A DNA stretch of 64,000 nt, from assembly GCA_965240325.2 (NCBI GenBank), contig OZ251236.1:1240001-1304000 (forward strand), read 5' to 3'. Each line of letters begins with the position of its first letter. Positions within the stretch are counted from its first letter, which is position 1. The DNA comes from Rebecca billardiae RCC1528 (taxonomy: Eukaryota > Protista > Haptophyta). This document shows positions 33,461-48,330 of this stretch, piece after piece. The position numbers and the translations under genes are program-made. The notes under the pieces were generated by a model that did not search any database, was not told the origin of the DNA, and was given only the letters and a program-made list of their open reading frames with translations.

Positions 33461-36400
33461 TTAGCGGTACATCGCATACCGGTCCGTCATGGCGACGCGC
33501 TCGCCCATCGCGGCCGACTTGGCCGCCCCGGCTGGCGCCGCCCCGAGCGGGACGGAGAGCACGTTGGGCGTCGCCCACGGCACGTCGGTGATGCGCGCGG
33601 AGGACGTCACCTGCATGGCGCCGCCGCCAGCCGCCCGCCGACGGGCGGCGGTGATGATGTCCGCCGACTGCGCCCGGTGGAGGCGTGCGTGCTGCGGCTG
33701 CGCGGCCGCCGCGGCGACGGCCGACGACGAGGGCGCGTGCCCGGCCGCCGCCGCACCGCCTGTGCCCGGCGACCATGCCGCCTTGGCGCGGCCGGGTGGC
33801 TGTGTGCGCGTGCCCGGCCGCGCGCGCGCGCCTCCGGCCGCGGGCGCGGTGGCGCCGCCCGGCGCGTCGCCGAGCGCGCCCGACGTGGCCGCGCAGCCGA
33901 GGGTCGGGCTTCCGGCGTCGGCGCGCGCGCCCTGCGCCGCCGCTGCGGCTGCGGCGCCTCCGTCTGCGCCGCCGGCAGCGGCGCGCGCGCTCCATGGGCG
34001 CGGCCGTCCGGCGTGCTGAGCGCCTGGCGCGTGCTGATGAGGCACGCGCACTTGCGACGCGCCTGCCAGCTGGCCACCGCCCAGCGCCGATCCGCGGGAC
34101 GGCGCGCGGCCGCCGGCCGGCTCGGCGGGCGGCTCGGCCGCGGGCTGCGCGCGCGCCGGCTGGATGAACTGCGCCAGCAGCGCCTCGAGCTGCGCGTCGG
34201 ACGCGACGGCCAGCCATGCGCGCAGCTCGGCGCGCGACCGATCCTGCTGCGGCGCGCGCGCGCTCGACGACGCGTGCAGGCCGTCCGCGCGCGCAGCCTC
34301 GCCGATCGGGTGCTGGCTGTGCGCCCGGTCGGAGAGCGCAGCCGTCTGCTGCTCGTACGCGCGCATGTACCCACCCAGCTGCTGCAGCAGCGTGTGGCAG
34401 CGGTGCAGCCGGCGCGTGGCGGCGCCGCCCGCGCCCGCGACGCCCGTGTCGGCCGGCGGCAGCGACCACGCCCCACCGAGCTCGGCGCCGCCGATCGCGT
34501 GCCGCGCGGCGACCAGCCTCTCGATCACGTCGAGCCTCGCGTCCATCGCGGCGCCGTCCGCGTCGTCCGCCTCCTCCTCGGCGCCGGGCCGGGCCGAGCG
34601 CGCGCGCGCGCCCGCCGCGCCGCGCGCCGCGCCTGGCGGTGAGCCGCGCGCGCCCGCGACGCCGGCGGCGAGCTGCCTTGCCAGCAGCGCGGCCTCCGCC
34701 TCGAGTTTGCGGTGCACCCGGCGCAGGTAGGCGGCGAAAGCGTCGCGCGCCTGCAGCGGGGAGATGGCGCCGCCGGCCGCGCTGTACGGCGCGCCCGGCC
34801 GCGCGCTGACCGCCGTGCGCTCGGCGCGCGCGCCGAGCGGCGTCGAGCCGCGCGCGGTGAGCGCGCCCGCCGGTGCCGCCGAGCTGTGCGCGGCGTGCGC
34901 GCGCGCGCGCACGCCGGCGCTCGCGGGGCGCGGGCGAGGCGCGCGCGCGGCCGACGGCTCGGCCTGCGTTGGGCTGCCGCTGCGGTCGTGCGCCGCGTCC
35001 GCCGCCGCCCGCCTCTGTGGCGCTGCGCTGCCGTGCCTCTGCCGCGCCTCGACCCCAGCGGCGGCGGCGGCCGAGCTGCGCGCAAGGGCGAGCCGCGCCG
35101 AGTCGAGCGCAGCGGCTGCGGACGAGGCCACGCCGTCGCTGCTCGCGCCGCCATCGCTCACAGTGGGCGAGCCCCGCCCGGCCGAGGCCGGCGGGCCGAG
35201 CGCGCGCGCGGCACTCGCGCCCTCCCTCTCGCCGCGCCGCTCGGCGCCGTCCGCGCGAGAGCCGTCCGGACTCGCGTCCGCGCCAGTGCCGCCGTCAGTG
35301 CCGCCCTCGGCGCGGCCCTCGGCGCGGCCCTCGGCGCGGCCCTCGGCGAGGCCCTCGGCGCGGACAGAGGCCGTGCGGTCGGCGCGCGCGGCCGGCGGTG
35401 TCGAGTCTGCGCCCGGCGCGGCGGCTGTTGGCGGCGCGGCCGTCTGGTGCGGCGGCTCGCGATACGACGGCAGGCTCGGGTGCGCGGCGCCGAGCGACGC
35501 CGGGCGGAGCAGCTGCACGCCCTGCATGTCCACAGCGCCACCGCCGAGCGGCGCGCCGCCACCGGCGCGCGCGCTCGGCTGCTGCGGCCGCTGCGGCCGC
35601 GCATCCTCGTCGCCCCCCGCGGCCGGGCGGTGCGCGGCCGCGTTCGCCGCGGCCGTGGCCGCCGCGTGCCGCGCGGCGCGGTGGCGCCTCAGGTACGCGC
35701 TCGCCAGCGCCACGTTGAGCGGCCGCTCGATGTCGAAGAAGGGCAAATACGCCTGCGACGTCTCCGCTGGGAAGAGCCGCCGCCACCCGCCGCCCTTGGC
35801 GTCGCCCTCGTCGAGCTCCCGCAGCGCGCGGCGCACGTCGGGCGCGTACGCGGACTCCTCGGCGAGCGCGGCGGGGGGCGGCTGCAGCGCGAGCGCGGGC
35901 ACGCCCGCGCGCCCCGCCGTCCCCGCCAGCGCGGCGAGCTGCGCGCGCTCGGCGCGCAGCGCGAGCGCGGCGGGGGGCGGCTGCAGCGCGAGCGCGGGCA
36001 CGCCCGCGCGCCCCGCCGTCCCCGCCAGCGCGGCGAGCTGCGCGCGCTCGGCGCGCAGCGCGTGCGCGGGCTCGCCGCGCGAGAGTCGCTCGTTGGCAGC
36101 GGTCGCGGTGCGCCGCCTCACGTCGCGCAGCCCGCGCTTGTCGTACGGCTGGAAGGAGACGAGCGAGAAGAGGTCGGTGAGCATGGAGGACTTCACCTTG
36201 TAGTCCAGCGGCGCGTCCGCCGCGAGCGACGGCCCGAGGTTCACCTCGAGCAGCCACGGCTTGAGCGTGTCGTCCAGCAGCACATCAAAGCCGAGCAGCT
36301 GGAAGCACGAGCCTCGGTGCGGGGTGGAGCCCTTCAGGTTGGCGAGGACCTGCGGCTCGATCGAGATGGCGGTCTTGATGATCAGGTCGTCGATGCGGCG

Positions 36401-37401
36401 GAAGACCGAGCCGACCGGCACGCCGCGCTTCGCGAGGAACCGCTTCAGCGCGGAGAGCGACCACTTGTTCCCGTAGTCGTCCGCGTCCGCGTGCTGGTTC
36501 TCGACAAAGTTGCGGTTGCGCCGGTTGACCGAGTAGTTGGTCAGGTGCATGAAGTGGTTGTTCAGCCCGTACCGCGAGTTGTGGTACCGCTCGGTGGCGA
36601 AGCGCACGAGGCCCTCGTCGTACAGGTGCACCTTCAGCGGCTCGTACGACGTGATGGCGACGTACTGCCGCGCGCCGCGCGGACGGCAGCACCGCGCGCG
36701 CGCGCGACGATGAGCGCGCGCCCGGCGCACACGCGCGCCGAGCGCGCCGCGCGCGCGCGCGCGCGCACCAGGCGCATGTCGAACTTGAAGCCGTCGACGA
36801 GGAGCGGGTTGGTGACGTACCGGCTGACCACGCACGCGTCGTCCAGCGGCAGCGAGTGCAGCTGCGCGGCGATCAGGATGCCGCGTCCGCACGAGGACGC
36901 GCACGGCTTGGTGATCCACATCGCGTCCTTCGCGCGCGCGTGCTCGGCCTGGAGCTGGTCGTACTCGGCGGGGAGCACGAAGGTGGCGGGGATGAAGTCA
37001 AAGTGCCGCGCCCCGTGGATCTCGCGCATCCGCCCGAGGTTGCGGCACAGCTTGTCCTTGCGCGTGAGCTCGTGCATCTGCGGGAAGCGGTTCACCTTCT
37101 GGTACGCGTTCAGGCTCTGCAGCATGTGCGACTTGACGGGCGAGCCGGTCCAGAGCAGGTTGAACTCGTTGGACGAGGTCGGTCGGAAGCCGTTCGACTC
37201 GAGCACCGCGCGCACCAGCTTGCTCTCCGTCCGCGCCATCCTGTACGTGAGCTGTAACCGGCCCGTGTACGCTACGTCGATGCCGCCAATCGACGGCGGC
37301 ACGCGGAAGTAGAGGTACTCGGTCCGGCCCTGCGGACCGCCTAGAACAACCGAGGGCTCGCCGTCGGCCTCACCCACACCCTCCTCATCCTCGTCCGACA
37401 T
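33461..37401 (-). CDS. Tubulin polyglutamylase, TTLL5/TTLL4-like (intron 36665-36768)
   Basis: TTL motifs QKVNRFP, ELTRKD, WITKPCASSCGRGI, KFDMRL|YV, EGLVRFAT, MHLTNYSVN, GNKWSL, CFQLLGFDVLLD, PWLLEVNLGPSL, GGWRRLFP; long low-complexity tail. Confidence 0.9.
35862..36062. repeat. Perfect 99-bp in-frame tandem duplication inside the TTLL gene
   Basis: Copies start at 35862 and 35961; encodes ALRAERAQLAALAGTAGRAGVPALALQPPPAAL twice. Confidence 0.95.
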
Positions 37402-37534
37402 CCCAGCTGCCCGCACACACGCCCGCGGCTCCGCGCCTTGAACGGGCTGGGTGTGTGCACGCAGCCGCTCCCGAACGCCCCGAACTGCCTCGGGCCGCGA
37501 ATGGCCGTGATTTGAAGTGCAACAGAAAATCAGC

Positions 37535-38629
37535 ATGGCGTCCCGACCCGAGGTTCAAGGCAGGGCTACCAGCGACGATTCGTGTTGGACCTTGGTGCAG
37601 CAGCAGCACTTGAAGCACATCATGCCTCGCGAACGCGAGGCGGCGCGGGACCCTTTGCTGGTCTGGGCGTCGGATGTGCAGCTGGCATCCGCACGGCACG
37701 AGTACGACAAGCTGCGCGAGCTCTTTGAGCAGCCGATCGAGCATGCGCCCACGGCGCCTGCTTCGCGCGTCGCAGCGTCGCACGCATCACCGCCGCCGCC
37801 TGTGTCGTCCGTGTCCGCAGCGGCGGTCGCAGCTGCCAACGCCGCGGCAGCGAACGAAAAAGAGCTCGCACTCACCGAGCACGAAACGATCTGGCGCGCC
37901 GAGGTGGAGCAGCCGCTCCGCGAGGCTGTGCGGGACCTGACGGACAAGCTGAGGCAAGCGCGCTCGGCACACGCTGCCGCCTCGACGCGCGCGCAGCGGC
38001 TCGCGATGTTCAACATGCGGCTGGCGGAGCAGGTGCACACGCAGCGCGCACTGCGCAGGTCATGGGGCTGGTGGCACTCCTCGCAGTTCGAGAAGCGCCG
38101 CTGGGCACGCGTCGAGGAGGTGTGCAGCTTCGCACAGGAGCAGGCCAAGTATGCGCTGCGTGACGCGCAGCGCGCGGAGCGGCTCGCGCAGGCGGCGCGG
38201 CGCGCACAGCAGGGGACCGGGGGCGCGTCGCCGGGCGTGGAGGATGCGGGTGTGGAGCGCGACGAGCCCGGGCACTCGCCCGAGCATGATGAGGCGCTCG
38301 CCCAGGCGCGCGCGGCCCTGCGCGCGACCGTGGCGGACCGAGGCAGCCAGGGCCAACGCCCAACCGTGAGCCCAGCCGGCGCCGGCGAGCGTGACGAGCC
38401 GTACGGGGCATCCGCACGGCGGGCGGCGCGCCTCGAGCATCAGCTCGTGCAGCTCGAGGAGGAGCGGCTCGAGTCGCAGATCGCGTACGATCGGCGCGTT
38501 GCCGCGCTCGAGGCCGAGGTGGCGGAGCTGCGCATCGAGGCCGAGGCGCAGCGAGCGGAAAAGGAGCAGCTGCTTGCTATGCTCGCTGCACTCGACGGCA
38601 CCGGCCGGGGCCGGCCCGGTGCCCGCTGA
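37535..38629 (+). CDS. Hypothetical coiled-coil protein
   Basis: Intronless ORF rich in E/R/Q/A heptads; starts 133 bp from the TTLL ATG on the opposite strand. Confidence 0.7.
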   Translation: MASRPEVQGRATSDDSCWTLVQQQHLKHIMPREREAARDPLLVWASDVQLASARHEYDKLRELFEQPIEHAPTAPASRVAASHASPPPPVSSVSAAAVAAANAAAANEKELALTEHETIWRAEVEQPLREAVRDLTDKLRQARSAHAAASTRAQRLAMFNMRLAEQVHTQRALRRSWGWWHSSQFEKRRWARVEEVCSFAQEQAKYALRDAQRAERLAQAARRAQQGTGGASPGVEDAGVERDEPGHSPEHDEALAQARAALRATVADRGSQGQRPTVSPAGAGERDEPYGASARRAARLEHQLVQLEEERLESQIAYDRRVAALEAEVAELRIEAEAQRAEKEQLLAMLAALDGTGRGRPGAR

Positions 38630-38771
38630 AGACCTGAGACTGTGCTACGTGCTAAGGCGGCTACCGTTGGCGGCATCAGAATCATGATGACGTACTGCGC
38701 CAGTCGTGTCTCGGACTGTCCGCTGGTAACTAGATACTAGCGGACCGCCCCCGGGGATTACGGACCAATTC

Positions 38772-38802
<31 letters not shown>
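38772..38802. repeat. (TA)n microsatellite in a convergent spacer
   Basis: Direct reading. Confidence 0.9.
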
Positions 38803-38803
<1 letters not shown>

Positions 38804-40005
38804 GATTTATAAAGACACAGGCACGATGATTGAGATTTGAGGGCGCTGAGTCTCTCCTGATTCGTCTGTAAGTGTAGTGGTACTGGTCGAAGCTTGCAGC
38901 AGTGGCAGTGGTGTGAGCACGTTGATGACCGCATAAGCATTGACCGGACCTTAGCCCGGGCTGCCGCCGAGGCTGCCGCGCTGATCCTGATGCCCCGCCG
39001 GTGATGTTCCGAGTTGTTACCGTTACGCCCGTTGACTGTTACGACGACTGACGCCGCCACAGACAGACGACGACGACTGAGAGAGGCAGAGAGTGAGACA
39101 CTCAAGTCTCAACTACTCGTCTACGGTCTGTACTTGTAGTCAGGCCTCGGGCCCTCAGGCGGCTCAGGCCAGTCGTCAATCTCAGTCCGATCCCGGACTC
39201 CGTCTGAGCCGTAAGACTGAGCAGAGTAGTGAGAGTAGAATGACCGAGACCGATGAGACCGACTGCCACGACCGTCCGCCACGCCCCGGCACTGCCGCCC
39301 GCACTCGACGGTCTCGTCCGGACGACGAGGCGGCGCCACGGCCGGGCCGGCTACAGAGTACAGGGTCCAGTCGTCGGACTCGGCGACTGCTGTCAGTGTC
39401 GATGACGATATTCAGCCGTACGCCGACTAACTACGCCGTAAGTGATGGCACTATACTCACGACTATTTATTACGAGTAGTATCACGCCGAGTACGCTGTA
39501 GTACGCCGTGTACCGCCGACTACGGACTAGTGTCTAGTCACTCCGACTACGCGGACGATTCCGGACTTCACTGTTGCGGACGATCTCAAGCTAGCACTCT
39601 GATGAGTGATGACGATACGCCTAGCTCACTTAAGTAGCTGCTGACCGGCCTGAGCCCTGACGTGTACTCATCCCGGACTCTCGGGCCAGCCGCCACTACT
39701 GTACCGTAGTTTAAGGTTCCGAGCCCGGGACAGCGGGGACTACCGTCGGACCACTCGGTGCCCGTGCCAGCAGTGGCAGTGAGTGCGGCAGTGAGCGCGG
39801 ATCGGCGGACGAACAAAACCAGGGTGCTGGCGGCCCCGTGGGCCTGTGCCGTGCGTGCATCAAGTTCGGGCAGTTGACCGGTGAATTCCGGTATTGGCGG
39901 CGTACTCGAAGTCGAACGGTAAGCTAGTCGATGCGGAGTACCGACTGCCGACGGCGACGATCGCGTCACAGGCGGCAGGCGCGAGTCGCACACGTGCTGC
40001 TGGCA

Positions 40006-41190
40006 TCACCTCGCGAAGCCAGCTGGCTGTGTGTGCGAGGGCTGAGCGGCGAAGGCAGCGCGCGCACGCGGGGGCACGCGTGAGCGCCGCGCCGCAGAAG
40101 CATGGCGCGCGTGACAGGCGGCCCGGCGCAGCCAGCGCTGCGCAGGCTGACTGGGCGCGGCGCACGCGGCACGCACTTTCTTCTTGTGCTCGCCCCACAA
40201 CCACTCGTCATCGTTGGTGATGAGCTCCTCCTCGTCCTCGGGGCTCCCGTCGAAGCGCACCGTGAGCCCGTCCTTCTTGTGACCGGTCACCGTGCCGGGG
40301 TACGGCACGTCCACGCGGCCGCGCGCCGACGCCTCCTCGTACCAGACGGTGATGCGCGCGCCGACCACCTCGGCGGTGGACTTGCCCTTGAGATCGATGT
40401 CGGGCACCTTGGCGCGCGCCCCGGCCTTGCGCGCGGGGGCAGGCTTTGGCTGCTCAGGCGCCGAGCGCGCCTTCTTTGCAGGCTGCACCTCCTCGCTGGC
40501 CGCCTCTGCGCGAGCCGACGCGCGGCGCGGAGCGGCGGCCAGCCGGGGCGGGGGTTCGCGTGAGCGTGGCGCGCGCAGCGGCAGCAGGGGGCGCGCTCGC
40601 GCTCGCGCGTGCCTTCTGCGTGCCGCACGCTCTGGTTGTACGCGCGCTGCACCTCCTCCAGGTCGTCGTGCACCTCTGTGGGCTTGAGGGCAAACTGCAC
40701 CGAGGGCCACGTCAGCTTCTCGCGCTTGTTCTTCGCGGCGTCCTGCCGGCTCGCGGCGGCGGAGGGGTCGACGTTCGAGCGCGTGCGCATCTTTCGGATC
40801 GCGGCGGCGCGCATCTGCGAGAAGTTGCCGTCGTACCGCCCCTCGTCCGTCCGTCTGCGCTTGTCCTCAAACTCGTTGAGGAAGCGCTCGCGCAGGTTCT
40901 CCTCCTCCGCCTTGAAGTCGTCCTCGGCGGCCTTCTTCTCGCGCTCGAACTCATCCATCGCTGTACGGAGGCGCATGTCGCGGTGCTCTGCGATCTCGGC
41001 CTTCTGCCGCTGCCGCTGCTCCTCGAGCTTGCGCATCTCCGCCTTGAGCGTTGGGTGGTTGCCTGCGCGTCAGGACGCGCGCGCGCGCGCAGCCGCGCGA
41101 GCGTGGGCGACGAGCGCGATGGCGAGGCGTGGCACGTGCATGGACCGATGCGCACGCACCCTCGCGGATCTGTCGTAGCTCCACCTCCAT
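40006..41190 (-). CDS. Sds3/BRMS1-like Sin3-HDAC subunit with C-terminal Tudor-like domain (introns 41063-41159, 40506-40612 [GC-AG], 40027-40176)
   Basis: Spliced product ELRQIREGNHPTLKAEMRKLEEQR...EFEREKKAAEDDF...VQFALKPTEVHDDL fits the Sds3-like pattern, followed by VVGARITVWY...YPGTVTG...LTVRFDG. Confidence 0.7.
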
Positions 41191-41586
41191 CGCGCCCGCA
41201 CGGACGTGGGGCCGCGCCACGCGAGACGAGCAAGCAGCTTGCGGGTTTCGTCGACTTGGAACGATACTACGGTACGACCGATGACGGTATCTGTCCGTAC
41301 TGCTTCCGTTATTCACGTTCTGAACGTTCTGACTTCTGAGCCTTGGTCCGGCCTTGCGCGCGCGACGCTCTGAATCGCGGCAGGGCTATGCATCGCCTGC
41401 ATGGCGGCCATCGGCAAGCCCGGCAGGACGCACGCCCGGAGGCGTAGTGCCATCTTGCGTCGTGTAGAGTCACCCAGGGCGCTCCAGAGCAGACTATCCG
41501 GGCCACAAAGTCAAAGGAACGAGGTCCGACGCGTGGCGGCGCCGCCGGTCGCGGTGGCGGGTCCGGGCCGGATTATATCGCAAAGT

Positions 41587-42120
41587 CTAGCTGTCGATGT
41601 AGAGTTCGCGGAAGCCCGTGCGCGCGTCCTCCCGTCGGCTGAAGTGCACGCCGTTGCCGAGCTCTCCCATCACGATCTCAGCCGTCGTGCGCACGATGCA
41701 CCCCTGCAGGACATGGCCTCCAAGGACAGCGCACGCCTCGTCCGATATGCTCATGTGCAGATGATGTGCGTCCGCGCTGAAGGTGCCGACCAACGAGACG
41801 ATTTCATACTTGCCTTCGAGCATAAGAGCATCGCGCTTGCCCGCCGGCCTCAGCTCAGCCCGGCTGAGCGAGCCAACACACGTGAGGATGCATCCCGCAG
41901 CGATGCTCCGCTCACTCGCAAACTCGCGCACCTTTGCAAGCAGGTCGTCGCCAGGCAGGAGCCTCAGCGCGTGGGTTGCCATCGGCACGGGAGCTGGCGT
42001 GCTGAGCTGCTGTCTTCGACCCGGCGCGGCTTCGCCGGGCAGGGCACACATTCCCCGTGTGCGCACGGGCACAAGGGTGGCCACCAGCAGCCCGAGCTGA
42101 GCGCGAAGTCTCGCCGCCAT
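41587..42120 (-). CDS. PPC (DUF296) domain protein
   Basis: [54 protein letters not shown]. Confidence 0.9.
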   Translation of the reverse strand: MAARLRAQLGLLVATLVPVRTRGMCALPGEAAPGRRQQLSTPAPVPMATHALRLLPGDDLLAKVREFASERSIAAGCILTCVGSLSRAELRPAGKRDALMLEGKYEIVSLVGTFSADAHHLHMSISDEACAVLGGHVLQGCIVRTTAEIVMGELGNGVHFSRREDARTGFRELYIDS

Positions 42121-42229
42121 GCTGCCGCCTTGGAAGAGCCCTGGCGGCCGGACTTGTTCGCCAGTCATTCCGGGCAAGGGGGCGCCGTGCGCTCAGCTCG
42201 GCATCGTAGCTCGGCGTGTGGACGGCCAC

Positions 42230-44609
<2,380 letters not shown>

Positions 44610-45258
44610 ATGTCACACTGCGCCCCCAGCTCGGAGTAGCCTTGCTTGCAGTGCACGCCGCATGGCCCGCCCCCGCGGCCGCTATGATCTGCGATCCGGC
44701 GGGCGGCTGCGGCCCCCGGGACCCCGACCGACGACCGTCAGCACGATTCGTAGTCACCCATGATGCTGATGCCTGATCCCAGGGCCAGGTACGCCACCTC
44801 GGCAACTCGGACATTCGGGTGAAAAGCCGCGAAAACTTCCAAACTTGAATGCCGATTGGTCTTTCTGACGTCGAGGCTCTCAGTAGATTCGCCAGCAAAA
44901 GTTCATCGTCGATCAGGGTTTTAGCCTTTTCGGCACGCGTTTCCGACCAGTCGTGGTCTCTGACAAGACAACTCTGAGACAGGCGTCGAGTGGCCAATGA
45001 CAGACAGCCTGAGATTATTGCTGGGCCCAAATAATAACGCCCAAAGTGGGCGCAAACTCGTGGGAAGTTGCACTTTCGCCGGTCGTTTGGGCCGGCGAAG
45101 GGATCTTCAGATCCGAGGCTGCGGCGGGGGCCCGCTCCCGCCGCGGAGCTCGCAGAGCGGCACAGGCAAGCCCCGCCCGCGCGGCCGCGAGCAGCCTGAG
45201 CAGGCGTCACGGTCACTGCTTCTGTTCCACGCCCACCGGTGGCGGCAAGCGGGGGACG

Positions 45259-47916
45259 ATGGCGAGCCGCGGCACGGCGAAGGGGCCGGTGAAGGCGGAC
45301 CACACGATTCGTGCGCCCAGCGACGGGCCGTCCAGCGCGACCCCGCTCGCCGCGAAGACGCCCATCGAGCGACTGCGCAAGACACCCTCGCCGACGGGTG
45401 AGAAGCTGCGCAAAACGCCTTCGCCGACTGGCGGCGAGCGGCTGCGCAAGTCCCCGTCGCCCACTGGCGGCCCGCTGCTCCGGACACACACACCGTCCCC
45501 CACTGGCCCCGAGCGCGTGCGCAAGACGCCCTCCCCGCGCACCACCCCGCACGCGGTCGTCGACAAGAAGCCGGCAGGAGTGCTGCCCGTGCGCCCCGCG
45601 AGCACAACGCCGCGCAAGACGCCGAGCCCGGACCTGCGGCAGAGCCCCGAGCCGTCGACGCGGGGCGGAGTCACCGTCCACTCGGCCGGCGGCGCGGGCG
45701 GCTCGGCCAAGCGGCCGAACACGCCCGGCGCGCGCGGCGCGCCCCGGCCTGCCATCAAGCGTTCCATGAGCGCCATGCTGCCGCGCGCGCGAGAGGCCGC
45801 TGCCTCTCGCGAGGAGCCGGGGCCGGGCCGCGTGTCGCGCTCGCTGCAGTCGCGCGACAGGCAGCTGCGCCGGCTGATCACGCAGGACACCTCGCTCGCC
45901 GTCCTCGACACCATCGCCATGCACCTCGCCGAGCTGCGGCTGCGCTCGCTGTCGGCCGAGGCGTCGCGCACCTCCGAGAGCGGCACGCAGACGACGACGG
46001 ACGCGGGCACGCAGACGGCCGCGCGCGGCGAGGCGGCGGTGCGCCGCGCGGTGGGCGCGGGGCGGGACGAGGAGGGCGAGGCGGACGAGCTCGACGACGG
46101 CGAGGTCGCCCAGATCGCCGCGGGCACCGAGCGCACGCTCACGAACCGAGGCATCACCCCAACGCTGCTGCGCATGTCGCAGACGTCCAGCGCTGCCTCC
46201 GCCGCCTCCGACCCGGCGCAGCGCTCGGACGAGGAGAGCGCGGTGCACGCGCCCGTGCAGATGATGTCGTCACTCGGTGCGCGCCGCGCCGCGCCGCGCC
46301 CGTGCGCGCGCCGCCGCCCCGCCCGCCGCTCGTGGGCGGCTGCGGCACGCACCGCGCTCGGCGCGCGCACCACGCTGCATGCGCGGCGTGTGGCGCGCGC
46401 GCGCGCGCGCGCGCTGCCCCGGGCGCGCACGCCTGTGACGCGAGCGCTCTCACCTGACGCCGTGCCCCCGATCGCGGCCGCCCCGCTGCGGTGCGCGCCG
46501 CCGCCCGCCCGGCTGCGCCCGCGCCGCGCCGCGCCGCGCGCGCAGGCATCTCGGCCGAGAAGCCTCAGCAGCCCACGGCCGTCTACTCCTCAGGGGAACC
46601 TCACGCGGCAGCGCGCGCGCGGCTGCCGGACCGGCCGGCGCCCAGCATGCCGCTGCCCGCGTGCCCGACGCTGGCGGGCGCGACTGCGTCGTCGCCGCTC
46701 ACCACGATCACCGCGAGCGTCGCGCGCGTCGCGGGCAGCGACGGCGGCCGGCGCGCGGAGCCGCACGACGGCTCGGAGGAGGCGGATGCTACTGACGGCT
46801 CGAGCGCGGGCGGCGGCCATGCTGCTCTCGAGGGGTTGATCGAGCCCCCGGGGGTGCTCGAGCAGCTCAAGAGCTTGCTGCAGGTGCAGGTGTGGGCGCA
46901 CGCACGCGCACGACACGCGCGGCGCGGGGCAGCAGCTCGGAGGCCCCTGCCCGCGCGCCACGCCCGCCAGCCTCCGCCCAGACCCCACCCGCCCTCACCG
47001 CGCGCGCCCCCGCCCTCTGCGCGCGTCTGGTCGCTTGCGCTCGCTTGCGCTCGCTTGCGCTCGCTTGCGCTTGCTTGCGCTTGCTTGCGCTTGCTTGCGC
47101 CTCCTGCGCTCTGCTGCCGCGCACCACGCGCAGGCGGACGAGGAGAACGACGAGGAGGTGCACAAGCTGGGGATGCACAAGGAGGGCGCGCTGCAGCACC
47201 AGCCCGTGCGGCACCACGGCCCGGACCCGATCCAGATGCTTTCGGACGGGCGGCACAACGCGTCGATGCTCGGCAGCACGGGCGCAGGGCTGGGCGTCGG
47301 CCCGCGCACCGCCTCCTCCACGCCGGTGAGCCCGGGGCTGCCGCCGCGCCCGTCGAGCCGAGCCCCCGGCGGCGAGAGCCCGCTGCTGGGCAGCGCGTCC
47401 GCGCGCTCGCCCGTCTCGCGCGATGCCGCGCTCGCGCCGCCGCTGCCGGCGAAGGGCGGCGCGGAAGGCGCGGAGGGCGCGCCCCACGCCCCGCCCTCGT
47501 CAAACGCGCGCTCGCCAAAGGAGATCGGCACCAGCCTCTTCCGCGCCCGCCGCGCGAGCGAGCTCGCGGGCGCTCCGCTGTCGCTGCCGGTCGCCGCGCG
47601 GCCCACGCGCGTGCCCCGGCTCGACCTGCGCGACGTGGACCAGCGGGCGCAGTCGACGCAAGCCGGGCCCGCCGCGGCGCTCCCGCGGCCGGCGACCGCG
47701 CACGGCGCGCTCGACCAGCACACCGTCGCGGCCAGCCCGCGCGGGCTCGTCACCTCGCGCTCGGACGTCTCGATCGGCTCGCCGCGCTCGGCGTTCACGA
47801 GCGTGAGTGTGCACAGCGCGCGCTCGACGCCCACGCCGCGCTCGCTCGACGGCTCGAGCACGTCCACGCCGCGCAACCCGCTGCCGCCCATCTCGGCTGG
47901 GCAGGCACCACGCTGA
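45259..47916 (+). CDS. Hypothetical low-complexity Ser/Pro-rich protein with RKTPSPT repeats (probable introns 46277-46545 and ~46890-47133)
   Basis: Three open segments joined in frame by GT-AG introns; about 6 imperfect (R)LRK(T/S)PSPTG repeats at 45370-45650. Confidence 0.55.
47031..47100. repeat. 10-bp minisatellite x7 inside an intron
   Basis: 4x TCGCTTGCGC followed by 3x TTGCTTGCGC. Confidence 0.95.
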
Positions 47917-48330
47917 CGACTCTAAGATCCTCCGATGATACACTGGTCCGAACTGCCATAGAGATCGACTGGCTGCGACGGGAGGGAGTCGGCTGTCGGG
48001 GCAGACGAAGCCTCGTCGCGTCATATATATACTACCATCATGTCTTACCGAACTTATTACTCAATATTTATTATTTACTGCGTGCCTGATAGTGATATTG
48101 TCAGAGTGCATTGTCCTGTCGTAACTGTAAGCGCCTATGGCAGTAAGCTACTCAGTCCTACTACGGCATATGATCACGACTGGATCATCGCGGACGAACC
48201 ACGGTCTGACTAGCTCCGATGAGATGCAGGCCGTGTGCGCAGGCTCCGCAGCCGCAGCACGGACTCGGAGCATTGAGCCGCAGCCGCGCAAGCCTTTGAC
48301 ATCATCGGCACACGAAGCCGATACAGAAGT

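Noticed and set aside
12950-38774. 14-bp inverted match ATAGAATTGGTCCG (12950-12963 vs 38761-38774)
   Set aside because: Could be another TA-flanked element end, but a lone 14-mer in 64 kb can arise by chance and does not extend.
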